DNA from: Blastocladiella emersonii ATCC 22665
Lineage: Eukaryota > Fungi > Blastocladiomycota
Reading direction: 5' to 3'
NCBI GenBank assembly: GCA_025594325.1
Contig: JANHCV010000001.1
Coordinates: 930,001-994,000, forward strand
DNA: 64,000 bases
Shown here one piece after another: positions 31,750 through 45,079 of the stretch. The position numbers and the translations under genes were made by a program. The stretch's first letter is position 1, and every line of letters begins with the position of its first letter. The notes below the pieces were generated by a model, which made no database searches, was not told the DNA's origin, and saw only the letters and a list, made by a program, of their open reading frames with translations.

Positions 31750-34700
31750 ATGAAAAATCAACCACCTGATGCTACTATGTCGCCGCGGCCTCGCCCAGGT
31801 TGTCTCGCCCGGCTCGCTGGTGTGGACGACGACGTGCCGCTCGACCCGTTCCGCAGCACTTTTGCCGGCGATGTCTTTCTCTACCATGATGCCAGCGAGC
31901 CGGACCGCCACCTCGACGCATTGCTCTGCGGGTTCCATGACCTGCGGTCCGTTGCCCAGACGCTGGTCGACGCCCAGCGCAAGGGCTCGGTCGCCACCAT
32001 GTCCTTTTTGCTGAACGACGTTCGCCCCGAGGTTGTCGCGCGCTCGCTCTTAATCTTGTACGCTCTTTGCATCGATCCCGACATCAAGTTTTCTCGTGTT
32101 GCCCAGCTTTGGTTCTCTGCACGCATCGACAAAACGGACGTATATTATTGGTGCAAGCACATGTTGTCGTGCTGCAAGCACGACTGGTCCGACCCTTCGT
32201 CACCTCTTTACATCACGGACTCTGCGACGCTCCAGCAGGTGCGGCGCTGCTGGTTATCTTGGACCGTTCTCCTCGCAGACCCTCTGTCCTCCGAAGGCGA
32301 GCATCTGGACGACGGTTCCCATCCGCCAGTCGACCAAAAGGCCCAGCGCTCCGCCGCTGCTTCCGTTTTTTTGGGGTCACGAGCGTAAACTTCGGCCCGC
32401 CGACGAAGGTCGACTGCGGACCGCCATCGACCGCCACCTCGACAAACGTACCTTCTTTGTCGGCGCAGATGACTCGGATGCGGATGAGCGCAAGGACCCG
32501 AAGCTCATCAAGCTTGTGCCCAACGCGACGTTCCACGGTGTTCGTGCAGATCGCGCCCTCATACCGCTCATGGACCCGCTCCCGTCGCCGCTGGTTGGGT
32601 TCTATCATCCCGTTAATTCCGGCGTCGACTTGGAGAGCGCCATGTTCGACCAAGTGTGCGGATGGCTCGCTGCACTTCGCGATGCTTTTACCAAGGACCG
32701 CCCGTCGGACAAACCGCACACCATCACATTCGTCGTCGACGATGCGGTCCGACTGCTTGAGCGTCTGGTGGCCGATCCCGAACGCCAATTCGACGTGGTC
32801 AACACCTCCTCGCTTCTCGATACTTGCGGCCTGCTCAATCTCGTTGTGCATGGCGCGGTCCTCCTCAAGCCCAACTCGAGTACTGCTTCCGATCGCTCGC
32901 TCGCTCTTGCACGCCAACTCGCGCAAACTCGACAAGCGGCGTTCTGCTCCGACCGCGCATGCAACGGCGCTCTTGCTCGTCCCGTCCTCCATGTTCCCGA
33001 CGATCTTCGGCGTTGCTCTCCTCAAAGCACCTGACGTGGACGACTGGCAGGCGTTTGTACGGCCGTACGCGTACCTTGACCGTAAGCTCTTGGACGCTGG
33101 CGTTCCCATGTACATGGCCTTCACTTTTGTGAAAACGCCGCCTCCTTCACTACCCTTGGCACTCGATCTCAGCGCGGAAGGCGGTTTCTTGAACGTTTTG
33201 GGTATTGGCATCAACAAGTTTACCTCGCAGGGCCACCTGTGCACGGAGCTTCCAGGTACGCATCACTCTTGACCAATACGACGCGCCCATCCACGGATCC
33301 TAACGACTCTTGCCCTCCAATTGTAGTCGCGGCGCTTCCCACCGTCCTTCACATTCCCATCATGTTTGCGTGCGCGCAGGCCGCGGGTCGGATCACCGGC
33401 ATCTTGATGCCGACTTCGCTGACCCCATCGCCGGCTCTTCTTCCGTTCTTGCTCGGTGAGCTGTTTGACAATGCCCGTGATATTATTGGCTACAACTGGA
33501 CGGAGGCTGGGGTCCTCGCTCAACGTTATGGCTTCCCCGCCGACTCGCTTCCCAAGCCCACACCCGTTCGTCTCATCAACGCTCGGCCCAAAAAGCCGAG
33601 CAAGGGCAAAGGCAAAAGCAAATTGCCTTCTGCTGGGACGGTAACCCTGCCATCGCGCGCAGGCGCGTCGTCGTCTGATGCCGATGCTTCTTATCTTTAC
33701 CGTGTCCACATTCGATTCATTCTGGCTGAAGATATCCAGCATCCGCCTCTGGAGACTCTGCTTCTTGTTGCGGACCGTGGCTCGAATGCAAACTCGCACA
33801 ACTTCACTTGCCTGCACGCCACTCGCGGACCCGAGGCTAATGTGGTCAACGTGTCGGCGTACATCCTGCGGGCTTTCATCAAGGGAGGTCCCAAACCAGA
33901 GTTTGTTCTTTACGCCAACTTCAGCGACGATGGCGGAAGCAGGCGCGGCGCCCAGGATCGTCGCATTCTGTGGGAGCCCATTGCGTACACCATGGAACTC
34001 GACGACGAGCTTGTGTCCTTCACCAAGGTCGAGGTCGACACCCTCCTCGGCCCAATCCGCGGCGCCCTTGCTTCTGCCGCTTCGACTCCGCGCCCTCCTG
34101 TCGTCTGCTCGCTCCCGATCGTTGGGGTCGAAGAGCACGGGGTGTTCACTTGCAAAATCGTACTCGGTTTGCCGCGAAACGGGCGCATCCCAACCCTGGC
34201 CAAGGCGCCCGAGTCTGTTCTTACCGCTTGTCATGGTCAAATCGCTTTCTACCTTGACGGCATGATCCAGACGATTTCGATTCCATTCGCGGGCCGCGTC
34301 ACCCGGATCGACATCAGCCGGCCGCGGCGCACCGCGACCTTGTACGTTGCCAACGTGAGCTCGGCAGTCGCGCCATCGCTTGGTCTTCCCGCCTTGATTC
34401 CGCGCATCGCGACTGGAGACAGCTTCGGCCACTCGCGCTCTCAGCCGCTGCTCCCGCTGCACACCGCGCTCGAGTCCCTGGGCGACATGTACATGTCCAA
34501 GCGCCTCGCAGACGGCAGCCCGGCTCCCCTGACACCGGAACCGCGGTCAGATCAGAATCTGTCCCTTTGGCGCTCGCATTGCCTCAAGGCCATGATTACC
34601 GACCTTTTCCAGGTTTGGGCGCGCGCTGCGCACGCTTGCATCTTTGTCAAGACCTCGTCGTCCGACGCAACGCTTGCCGTCATCTTCCCGCACGCGGTCC

Positions 34701-35105
34701 GCATCCTTCCGCCGCGCGACAAGGCGTTCGCGCCGACCCCCGCGCTCGAGTGCCACGTCCTGCTTGTTTCGTCCGAGTTTGCGCATTGACCCGCACACGA
34801 GGCGCCCGACGGTGCTGCCGCTGTCACCGTGTTTGACGCGCTCGCGGGGCCGGTGCACGAGTAGCTCAAGTTCTGCTGCAGCGCGCTCATCACGCCTAAG
34901 GACTCCGTCGCAGCGGCTGGCGCCGAGATCCTGTCGGGCCGCAACCTGCACCCGGAGGTCGAGGCCTCGCTGCGCGTCATGTTCGCGTCCAACGCGACCG
35001 CGAAGCGTGCCCTTCTCCTCCCGCTGTACCCGAGCTTTGGGCACCGCGCCTACTCGATCACCACCAGGTCCCCCGAGGCCGTTTTGGCTCAAGCGTACGA
35101 TTGAT
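31750..35105 (+). pseudogene. DUF4470-domain gene, apparently disrupted (frameshifts and a nonsense codon)
   Basis: DUF4470-like motifs LLCGFHDLRSV, FLLNDVRPEVVARSLLIL and FDVVNTSSLLDTCGLLNL. There is a frame change at the T7 run 32366-32372 and a second at about 32880-32970, a clean intron at 33256-33326, and an in-frame TAG at 34862-34864 in the last coding stretch. Confidence 0.6.
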
Positions 35106-35307
35106 CCGTGCACCGTTTTCATGTTTCCTTTGTTTGTCAATTCTCCGTTCGTTCATATATTGTCTTTCGTTGCAACTGCTGGTTGGATCTCCGTAAAGCG
35201 CTCATGTCCCTCCCTCACGGCCGAGTTCGGCGTGAACGTGTGGTGGGATGTGGCGCGACGCGTCCAGCAGCGCCCTGGGCAACAAGGCGGAGAGCAATGT
35301 ATTCCGC

Positions 35308-37632
35308 TCACACCCCTCCAAACACCGCCGCGAAACCCGCTGCGACCGCGAACAAAACCGCGAGCATCCACCTCGGCGCAAAGATCTTCCACACCATGAG
35401 GTGGCGGCGGAGGACCGTGGCCGCAACTGACGCGGCTGCCGCATGGACGCATTCGGCGGCGAGGATGCGCCAGCGCGCGCCCGCTGATCGAGCCGCTGCA
35501 CCAACGACCAGGACGTGCCCGACCGCATTGGCCGCGACCATGAGCGGCGACAGGACCATGTGGGTCGACCATAGCCCCGTGTGGCCCACGTTCCACGCGA
35601 CCGACGCGATCGTGGCCTGGTGGCCGGTCGCGAAGAAGGCCGAGCGGATCAGGAGGTGTGCGGTGACGGGGACGAGAGAAGCGGGGACCGAGTCGAGCGC
35701 GGCGACGGCGCCAACCAGCGCGGGAATCCCGGCTGGTCGATGGACCTGGATGACGGCGGCGAGGAGTAGCGAGACGAGGTTGGTCAACCGGGTCCGGCGC
35801 GAAACGAGCAGGAAGATCGTGAACGCCACGAGCCACGCGCCGTGAACGCGTGCGAGTGCCACGGGCACCGCGCGGCCGAGCTCGGCGAGAGCAGGCGGCA
35901 GGAGCACCCATTCGTCCTCGACGAGCCAGTACGCGGCGAGCAAGACGGCGCTCACGCGAAACTGCAAGTTGGCCGTCCGCGGGACCGCAACGACAGCGAC
36001 GGCGAGCGAGACGAATCCAGCGAGCGCGGACCACGTCGTTGCGTGGAACGTGCCGACGCAGTCCGGACCGTGCTCTTCGCGGCACATGGCGATGCGGTCG
36101 ATGACGAGTGCGTGGGCTAGCGAGACGAGGACAAGTCGAACCCGGGTGGACGTGTTTGTTGCAGTGAGAGCAGATACGACGAGGATAACCTGGAGCAAGT
36201 AGGCAACGATTTGCGATTCGAGGACGACAAACGAGTTGGAAAAGTAGACGGCCGCCGTGACAAGCGGAATCAGGTCGAGCGGTGAGAGCGAGCGGCGCCA
36301 CGGAGCAAGGTCAGCAATGAGCAAAAGCACGGACGCGATCTGAGCGACGATCCCGCCGACCATGGCGACGAGGTCGAAGCGCGCCCAGATAGCGCGGAAG
36401 AATTCGAGCGTCTCGGCGAGAAACTTGGCGGGATCGGAGTCGGCCAGGAGGATAAGGCGCGCGTAGTTTGACCCGAGCTCGCTCGCCGCGACAGACGCGT
36501 ACAGGTCGAGGTAGCGGCGGACCTGCGCCGCGTTGACCTGGAGCGCCGTCTTGGCGTCGGTGAAGAGGTCCGGAATCACGGTGCCGAGATTCTCCATGGG
36601 GATCGGCAAGCCGAGAAGCAGCGAGAGCGTCGGGACGAGATCAATCTGGTTGACGGCGACGGGATCGTCGAGCGTCCCGACCCGCCCGCGATCGGCAAAC
36701 ACGTCCTGGTGCGCGAATATCCACAGCGCGGCGCCCGTCTCGAGCGCGCTATCGCCGCCGTGGTCGCCTTTGGGATCCATACCGTGATCGCCGAGCACGA
36801 AAAGAGCAGCGTCGCGCGGCAACTCCTCGGTGACGCGGCGAATGAGGCCGTTGAGCTGGCGCAGCTTGGCGGACATGGCGGGATGTGCGGGCCCGTACCG
36901 GTGTCCCGCGTGGTCGACGCCGAGAAAGTGGCCGATGAGCAGGTCCCAGTCGCCGCGGTGCATCTCTTCGAACAGGTGGCGCGACACGCCGTCGTCAACC
37001 GTATGAAGATCCCACACGTCGAGCGACGGGAACGGGAAGGTGCGGTTGACGAGGTGCGGGAACAAGAGCATCCAGGTATCGTCGCCGAGGAAGGTGGTGC
37101 GGCGGCCCGTGGCGGCGATCTGGGCGAGGAGCGAGTCGTCGGTCAGGGTGTCGCCGCCGCCAAAGTTGGTGCCCATCTCGATGAACGTCGGGAGCGAGCC
37201 CGTGGTCAGGCCCTTGAGCCGCTGCAGCGTCGTGGTCGGCGGATCGGCCTCGAACTGGTACAGCCGCGCGTGGCCGTTGGTCACGTTGTGGAAGACGGTC
37301 AGCTTGTTGCGGTAGTAGTCCGTCTCGGGGACCACGGCGCCCTCGGTCAGCTCAAGCGTGGGATCCCAGGCCGCAAAGTCGTAGCGCAGCGCGTCGACGA
37401 CCAGCACGACGGCGCGGCGGATCGACGGGTGCGGGCGCGGCATCCAGCACCCATCCGAGGACGCCGAGCCTTTCGAGGGCGTGTGCGGGATGCCTGGTGA
37501 AAGATCATCGCAAGAGCTCTTTGCGCCGAGTCCGACGCGCGTCAAGAGGAACCCCGCGCGGAACCAGTTGATGCCGACGAGAACGAGGACAAGGGCTGCA
37601 AGCCGCCGGAGAAGAGTAGTGCGCCTTGGCAT
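35308..37632 (-). CDS. GPI13: GPI ethanolamine phosphate transferase 3 (PIGO/Gpi13), intronless
   Basis: LVVDALRYDF, ADPPTTTLQRLKGLTTGSLPTF, GDDTW, DLHTVD, HFLGVDHAGHRYGP, GDHGM, GDHGG, FFATGHQ and VWKIFAP, with a multi-TM C-terminal half. Confidence 0.94.
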   Translation of the reverse strand: MPRRTTLLRRLAALVLVLVGINWFRAGFLLTRVGLGAKSSCDDLSPGIPHTPSKGSASSDGCWMPRPHPSIRRAVVLVVDALRYDFAAWDPTLELTEGAVVPETDYYRNKLTVFHNVTNGHARLYQFEADPPTTTLQRLKGLTTGSLPTFIEMGTNFGGGDTLTDDSLLAQIAATGRRTTFLGDDTWMLLFPHLVNRTFPFPSLDVWDLHTVDDGVSRHLFEEMHRGDWDLLIGHFLGVDHAGHRYGPAHPAMSAKLRQLNGLIRRVTEELPRDAALFVLGDHGMDPKGDHGGDSALETGAALWIFAHQDVFADRGRVGTLDDPVAVNQIDLVPTLSLLLGLPIPMENLGTVIPDLFTDAKTALQVNAAQVRRYLDLYASVAASELGSNYARLILLADSDPAKFLAETLEFFRAIWARFDLVAMVGGIVAQIASVLLLIADLAPWRRSLSPLDLIPLVTAAVYFSNSFVVLESQIVAYLLQVILVVSALTATNTSTRVRLVLVSLAHALVIDRIAMCREEHGPDCVGTFHATTWSALAGFVSLAVAVVAVPRTANLQFRVSAVLLAAYWLVEDEWVLLPPALAELGRAVPVALARVHGAWLVAFTIFLLVSRRTRLTNLVSLLLAAVIQVHRPAGIPALVGAVAALDSVPASLVPVTAHLLIRSAFFATGHQATIASVAWNVGHTGLWSTHMVLSPLMVAANAVGHVLVVGAAARSAGARWRILAAECVHAAAASVAATVLRRHLMVWKIFAPRWMLAVLFAVAAGFAAVFGGV

Positions 37633-37907
37633 TCAGTGCTTCATGTAGGCCGCGAGGGCTGATCGAGATGCGTGGGAGTGGGGTCGTTGCGGGAGAGAGG
37701 AAGGGTCGCGCGCGGGCGCGGCGATCAAGTTGCGCCGTTGCACGCAAGGGTCGCGCCACGTGGAGCAACACATGATACTGGCGCGCGTACAGCGACGCGT
37801 CTCGCAGCTGGGCGGAGACATCGTGTCCAGTTGCGTAATACGACGCGTCACGCTCCTTGCTCCTCCCGATGTTACAACTCTGACATGAATCGCTCAATGA
37901 AGACACC

Positions 37908-40588
37908 ATGAAACCGACCGTCGCGCTCTCGACCACGACGCTCGCGATTGCGGGTGCCGGCTACGCCCGGCCAGTCGCCGGCAAGCCGTCCAACCAGCAA
38001 TCGGCCGATCACGATGACCACGCGCGCCTGTCCGAGTCAGCTGAAAAGCTCGCCAGAGACGCCGCCGAGGCCGCGATCCGCGAGGACATGCCGCGCCTGG
38101 CCGCCGTGCTGGACGAGAGCAACTCGTTCCTGCACCACCTGGACGTGCTCAAGGAGGCGAACCAGCTGCTGTGCAAGAACCTCGAGGTCCCGCTCAACAA
38201 GCACCTGGGCACCGCGCGCAACGTGCCCAAGCAGCGCTTGCACCTGCCGCGCGGCGACCAGATCGACCTGCTCGAGGACCTGGTGCGCCGCGGCCGCGAG
38301 TACGGCGACGGTCGCGGGCTCGACTCGCTGATCGAGGAGGCCCTCGAGGAGGCGCGCCAGCACACCGAGTACATTCTGCGGCCCATGACGACGCGGGCAA
38401 CGACGGCGGCGCGGTCGTCCCGCGCGCGATCGGCGTCGCCGGCCAAGGAACGCCGCAGCGAGACGCCCGCGTCGCCCACTCGGCGGACCGCCGACCGGAC
38501 CGTGTGCAGGAGCTCCGACACGCTGCAGTCCTCGCGCACGCGGCAGTCGGCTGGGACGCGCACGCCCCACACGTCCTCGCCCGCGCACAGCGTGCCGCCG
38601 AGCCGGACCCTGTCGCGGTGCACATCCCATCAATCTTCGCAGTCGGGCGACGGCGGGCATCGGTCGCACCGGAGCTCGTCGCACACGCTCAAGACCATGA
38701 CCAACGAGACGGAGCGCGCGCTCGCGTCGCTGTCCGAGTTCAAGCGGCGGATCAAGTCGATGCGCAAGGAGGGTCTGGCCATCAGCACCGCCCCGCCGAA
38801 ACCGAACCCCGCGCCGGCGACATCGCGGTCGCACCCGCGGCTCACGCCGACGACGGCCATCAGCCCGCCGTCGCGCAGCAGCTCGCTCAACGACCAGCAG
38901 ATCGACGCGACGGGCCGCGCGTCAACGGGCAGCCTGCTGACCACCACGTCGCCGCCGGCGCTCGGGCTCGGGATGCGCACGGCGCGGACCGCGTGGGCAA
39001 CAAGCTCGGCGTCGGCGCTCGACGACCACCGCGCGAACCTGCCGTCGCACGAGCTGCTCCTGTCGGCGAGCGGCGGGCCGCGGCGCATGTCGCCGAGCCC
39101 GTCGATTGTGGTCTCGGACTGCGACTCGTCGTCGACGGCGAGCCTCGCGAACGTGACGGGCACGACCATGGCGGGGCTGCTCGGGTCCGCGGGCTCGTCG
39201 CGCGCCGTGTCGATTTCGAGCGTCCAGCAGATGTCTTCGGGCAAGGAGTCTCCGAGGGCAGCGGGACCCAGCAGCGAGAGTGTCGCGGCAGTCGAAGACC
39301 CGCCATCGCCGACCAAGCGGCACCAGCGGTTCGTAGCCAAACCCGTACCGGCGTCGACGCTGATGCCGCGGTACCACCAGCTGATGCGGCAGGGCGAGCA
39401 GCGGCGCAAGGAGCGGCAGAAGCAGTACAAGGAGCTGCTCGAGACGTCGCTCACGCCGTTCAAATTCGAGTACTCGCGGTCGCTGCAGGAGCGGGTACGT
39501 GTGGAGCGGTTGCACGGTGCGAGGGTACCGCTGACGAGCGCGGGGCATGTAGCGCGAGGCGACGCGCGCCAGGATCGAGGCCGAGAAGGGCAAGAGTGCG
39601 CCCAAGAAGCCGCGGGCCCGCGCGCGGCCGCAGAGCGCGCCGCCGATGGAGGGCCACGTCCGGCCCGCTGCGTCGAAGCGGAAGAATGGTACGCTGCTCG
39701 GCCCAGCATCATCAAGTCAAAGCTCGACTGACAACCTCCGTGCAACCACAGTAATCCCGCGCTCCAACGAGCCCGGCCCGGACCACACGTTCCGCCCGCG
39801 GATCAACCCGGCGGTCCCGGACTTTGCCGCTGCGCAAGAAGACTTTGCCGAGCGCCTCGCCCGGCGTCGGCAACGTGCGCGCGTCACGGACCACGTCATC
39901 CGGGTCCGCCCGTTCGAGGGCGTCGAGGCGCACCAGCGCGAGCTCGAGCAGCGCAAGCGGCGGACGCTGGAGCGCGTGCAGGCCGAACTCGACCGCGGGT
40001 CGTCCCCGCCGCCGCTCCCGCTCCTGCCCTCGGGATCGCCGCGGCGGCCCGTGTCCCCGCGGTCGACGCGCGCGGCCGACCTCAAGCACCAGGCGCAGAC
40101 CGAGCTGCTCGCGCGGCGGCAGGCCGAGGCCGAGCGCGAGGAGGCGGCGGCACGGGCGAGGGCGGAGAAGGACGCGCAGCTGCGCAAGGTCGTCCGCGAC
40201 GCCATGGTTGCCGAGGAGCAGGCGCGGCACGCGCGTGCCGAGCAGCAGCGGGGGCAGCCGGTCGCTCGGAACGCCCGGAAGGGTACGATGTGTACAGACG
40301 GTGTTGCTGGAGCACGCACTCACGCAGCAGATGTAGCGCTCGCCGAGACGACGCAAGAGTACGCGGGGTTCCTCGAGACCATGGAGCGGCGGCTGCAGGC
40401 GCGGCCGCTGTCGTTCCAGACCCGGCTCGACACCAAGGGCGAGGCGCAGCGGGCCGTCGACGCGCGTACGTTCACACGTTTACTCTGCTTCTCACATCAG
40501 AAAACTCACGCCATGCGCGCGCGGTGTAGGGCTCGAGGAGCTGCTGGCGCAGAACGCGCTCGACCGCGGCGAACTGGTCCCGTCATGA
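37908..40588 (+). CDS. FAM161: FAM161 (UPF0564) family centriole/cilium protein; introns about 39495-39552, 39689-39751, 40283-40327/30/36, 40466-40529
   Basis: FVAKPVPASTLMPRYHQLM..RRKE..LTPFKF and FRPRINPAVPDF resemble FAM161A/B motifs. Splicing gives a continuous frame to TGA at 40586-40588. Confidence 0.72.
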
Positions 40589-40874
40589 AGACCCACGCTA
40601 CGAATAGACGGCTGCTACATGGCATGTCATCCCCAAGGCCGGCGGAAGGGAGAAGAAGCCGAAGCAGCCGAGCGAGCGCGGCGTTGACGTGTCAGCCAGG
40701 CGCGTGCTGCGCCCACGTGAGCCGTTACAAGTGCGCGGGTGGGCGTCGGGCGCCGACGGGTCGCGCCGCCGCCGCGCCCAACCTCTCTCTCGCCTCGCTC
40801 TCCCTCCCCTTGCTGTCCCTCGTTGGAAACCATCCCCACTGTACTGCTACGGATCAACCTCTTGCGCCTGCACC

Positions 40875-43800
40875 ATGGCGCCCGCCGGCAATTCTGCGCC
40901 GCCGGCCTCACAGGCGCTACATGGCGCTCACCGGTACGCCGCGCTGCCCTGCTTGTTGACAGCGGACCCTGACGCGCCCACCCGCCCCCGGCACCAGACT
41001 CGTCGACTCGCCGCTTGTCGCGACGGCGTCGCTGCACGCGAAGCGCGACCGGTTCGACCACTGGACCGTGTGGCCGTACGTGCGCATCGTGTACCCGGCG
41101 TGGGTCGTGATCTACTTCCAGGCCTACGACCAGCTGCTGGGCAGCGCCGAGGCGACCTTCCTGTCGCTCGTCTTCGTCTTCACGAGCCACGCGCTCACCT
41201 TCCTGGTCGGCGAGTGGAACGTGTCGGCCAAGGCCTGGCTGACCACCGCGAAAGCGACGGACCCGCTGCGCGCCGACATTGTGCGCGTGATCCCGCCGCC
41301 GCACTCTGGCGCGGGCGCGCTGTGCCCGATCGAGCGCCGCACCGTCTCGGACGCGGCGACGGGCGAGGACCGCGCGCTCGTCACCTTCACGTTCCAGCAG
41401 CAGCTGTTCGCGTGGGACGACGCGACGCGCCAGTTCCGCGAGCTCGCGTACCTCATGGGCCGCCACGCCGGCGAGTACCGCGCGCTCGCCGTGTCGGGCG
41501 GGCTCGGCACCAAGGCCGCGGTGCCCGCGGCGACGGCGCAGTACGGCAAGAACGAGTTCAACATCCCGGTCCCGACGTTCCTCGACCTGTTCAAGGAGCA
41601 CGCGATCGCGCCCTTCTTCGTGTTCCAGGTGTTCTGCGTCGGCCTGTGGGCGCTCGACGAGTACTGGTACTACTCGCTGTTCACGCTGTTCATGCTCGCC
41701 ACCTTCGAGTCGACGGTCGTCGGCCAGCGCGTCCGCACCCTGCAGGAGTTCCGCGGCATGACCCACCCGCCGCGGCCCATTGCCGTGCGCCGCGACGGCA
41801 AGTGGGCGTCCGTCAACTCGGACGACCTCGTCCCCGGCGACATTGTCAGCGTCCCGCGCGCCGCCCGCGACGACCACGTCGTCCCCTGCGACTGCATCCT
41901 GCTCGACGGCGCCGTCGTCGTCAACGAGGCCATGCTGTCGGGCGAGTCCACCCCGCTGCACAAGGAGTCGATTGCCCTGCGCGCCGACCACGAGACCATC
42001 GACGACGACGTGCTGCCCGATACCCGCAACCACGTCGTGTACGCCGGCACCAAGGTCGTCCAGGCCACGCCCGCGGGTAACCCCACTTCTTCGGTTTCCA
42101 CTACGTCCACCGACGACGGTGAGCTCGACGCTGCCGCGCCGGCGGCCCCGCTCAAGTCGCTCGGCATCACGACGCCCGACGGCGGCGCGCTGGCGGTCGT
42201 GGTGCGCACGGGGTTCGGCACAACGCAGGGCAAGCTGGTCCGGATGATGGTCTTTTCGTCGGAGCGCGTGTCGGCCAACAACATCGAGTCGTTCCTGTTC
42301 ATCGGGTTCCTGCTCATCTTCGCGTTCATGGCCGCGGGCTACGTGTGGGTCAAGGGCCAGGAGCACGGCCGGCCGCCGTCCAAGCTGCTACTCGACTGCA
42401 TCCTGATCATCACCTCGGTGATCCCGCCCGAGCTGCCCATGGAGCTGTCCATGGCCGTCAACACGTCGCTCATGGCGCTGTCAAGGCTCGCCATCTTCTG
42501 CACCGAGCCGTTCCGCATCCCGTTCGCCGGCAAGCTCGATATCCTGTGCTTTGACAAGACGGGCACCATCACGGGCGAGGACCTGGTCGTCGAGGGCGTG
42601 GCGGGCCGCGGCACCTCGGCGTCCGACTGGATGACGCTGCACCCGGCCAAGCACGCGGCGCCCACGACGCAGCTCGTGCTGGCGGCCGCGCACTCGCTCG
42701 TCAAGCTCGACGACGGCAAGGTGATTGGCGACCCGATGGAGCGCGCGGCCCTCGACGCGGCCGGGTTCCTTTTGGCCGACACGGACCGCGTGGTGCGGGC
42801 GCCGCCGTCGGCCGTCGCCGGCGACCTCGACTCGGACGACCGCGTCCCGCTCGGCCTGCACAACGCGCAGGTCCAGATCCTGCGCAAGTTCCCGTTCTCG
42901 TCGGCGCTCAAGCGCATGTCGACGGTGGCGCGGGTGCCGGGCATCATCACGGGCCACCCGGGCGCCGGCCGCACGCTGATCGCCGCCGTCAAGGGCGCCC
43001 CCGAGACGATCCAGGGCATGCTGACGGTGGTCCCCGAGCACTACGTGCGGACCTACAAGACGCTGGCGCGCAACGGCGGGCGCGTGCTCGCGCTGGGGTA
43101 CCGCGTGCTCGACACGCACCTGGACGTGGCGAACGTGGAGCGCGGCGAGGTGGAGCGCGCGCTGGCGTTTGCCGGGTTCCTGGTCTTCTCGTGCCCGCTC
43201 AAGCCCGACAGCGCGGCGGCGCTCGCCGAGCTCGCCGAGTCGGGTCACCGGTGCACCATGATCACGGGCGACGCGGCGCTGACCGCGTGCCACGTCGCGC
43301 GCCAGGTCAGCATCGTCACGCGCGCGTGCCTGATCCTCGACAACGACGCGCTCACGTGGCGCACCGCCGACGAGGCCACCAGCGTCCCTCTCGAGCTCGG
43401 CGCCGTCGCCGATCTCGTCGACGACTACGACCTGTGCGTGTCGGGCCCCGCGCTCGACGCGCTCGACGCGCGCGGTGCGCTCGCCGATTTCGCGGCGGCC
43501 GCGCTCCCCTACGTCTACGTGTGGGCGCGCGTCTCCCCGGCGCAGAAGGAGTGGATCCTGACGGGGCTCAAGGCGCAGGGGTTCCACACGCTCATGTGCG
43601 GCGACGGGACCAACGACGTGGGCGCGCTCAAGCAGGCGCACGTCGGCGTCGCGCTGCTCGACGCGTCGCCTGAGGACCTGGCCAAGATCGCCCAGCACGC
43701 GCGGTACCGCCGCCTCAAGGACATGTACCAGAAGCAGGTCGAGCTGTCGGAGCGGTTCGGCCGCCCGCCCCCGCCCATGCCCACGGTGCTGCGCCAGATG

Positions 43801-44826
43801 GAGGACGAGCGCGCGGCGAACAAGAAGGGGTCGGGTAGCCCGAGCAAGAAGCCCGTCGGCAACGGCCAGGTGGTCAAGAAGGCGGCGAACGGCAACGACG
43901 ACAAGGACAAGGCCAAGGCGCTGGAGCGCGCGCACTCCAAGATCCAGAAGGACGTGGACCGCATGTCCGAGAAGCTGCTGAGCATGACCGAGGGCATGGA
44001 CGACGAGGCGCCGACGCTCAAGTTCGGCGACGCGAGTGTCGCCGCGCCGTTCACGTCCAAGATCGGCACGCTCGTGTCCATCACCAACGTGATCAAGCAG
44101 GGCCGGTGCACGCTGGTGACGACGCTGCAGATGCACAAGATCCTGGCGCTCAACTGCCTGATCTCGGCGTACGCCATGTCGGTGCTGTTCCTGGACGGCA
44201 TGAAGTGGGGCGACTGGCAGATGACGATCCAGGGCCTGCTGATGGCTGCGTGCTTCTTCTTCATCTCGCGCGGCGAGCCCGTCAACCGGCTCGCGCAGGC
44301 CCGCCCGCTCTCGTCCTTCTTCAACGCGTACGCGCTGCTGTCGGTGGTACTGCAGTTTGCGATCCACGCCGCCGCGCTCTTCTACGTGACGGCCGAGGCC
44401 AAGGCCGCCATGCACGCGGGCGACGACGTGCTCGAGGTCGACTTCGAGGGCAAGAAGGAGTTCAAGCCCAACCTGCTCAACTCGGGCGTGTACCTGCTCA
44501 ACACGTCGATGCAGGTCTCGACCTTTGCCATCAACTACATTGGCCGCCCGTTCCGCGAGTCGATCCGCGAGAACACGGCGCTGTTCCGCGGCTTGCTCGT
44601 CGTCGGCAGCGTCTCGTTCCTCGCCGCCATGGAGGTGTCGGACGGGCTCAACGACTGGCTCCAGCTCGTCCCGTTCCCCGCCGGGTTCGCCGACACGCTG
44701 ACCGCCGTCATGGCCGCCGATTTCCTGGGTGCCTTCGCCGTCGAGAAGGTGCTCCACTGGGCCCTCGCCAAGTCGGCGCCACGCAAGGAGCTCCGCATCA
44801 CCTTCTCCGCGCCCGAGAGCTTGTAG
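40875..44826 (+). CDS. SPF1: P5A-type ATPase Spf1/ATP13A1; exons 40875-40933, 40998-44826
   Basis: Intron 40934-40997 restores RLVDSPLVATASL..VWPY. Motifs FKEHAIAPFFVFQVFC, SGESTP, PPELPMEL, FDKTGT, TGD, GDGTNDVG and ASVAAPFTSK. Confidence 0.96.
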
Positions 44827-45079
44827 CCTGCTCTCTCCGCGCCCTCTTTTGTTGTTCTTGTTGTTGCACGGTATACTACACTCTTTAATCTCGCTCAACT
44901 TGCTCGTGGGCGTCGGTGGTTGTCGCTCGGTGTGGCGGTGGGCGGACGCGTCGGTCAAGTCGCCAACGTGGCGCTCCCTTCGCCCTCGCTCTCCCCTCAA
45001 CGACGCCCATTCATGCGCCGCTAACGAATCAAGCACCACCGACACACGACCTACTGCAACGCAATACCTCGCCCCGCCC

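Noticed and set aside
37633-37907. RFX X-box upstream of FAM161 (and upstream of CFAP52, 61485-61787)
   Set aside because: Only half-sites (GTTGC) are present, with no convincing GTTGCC-n-GGCAAC palindrome.
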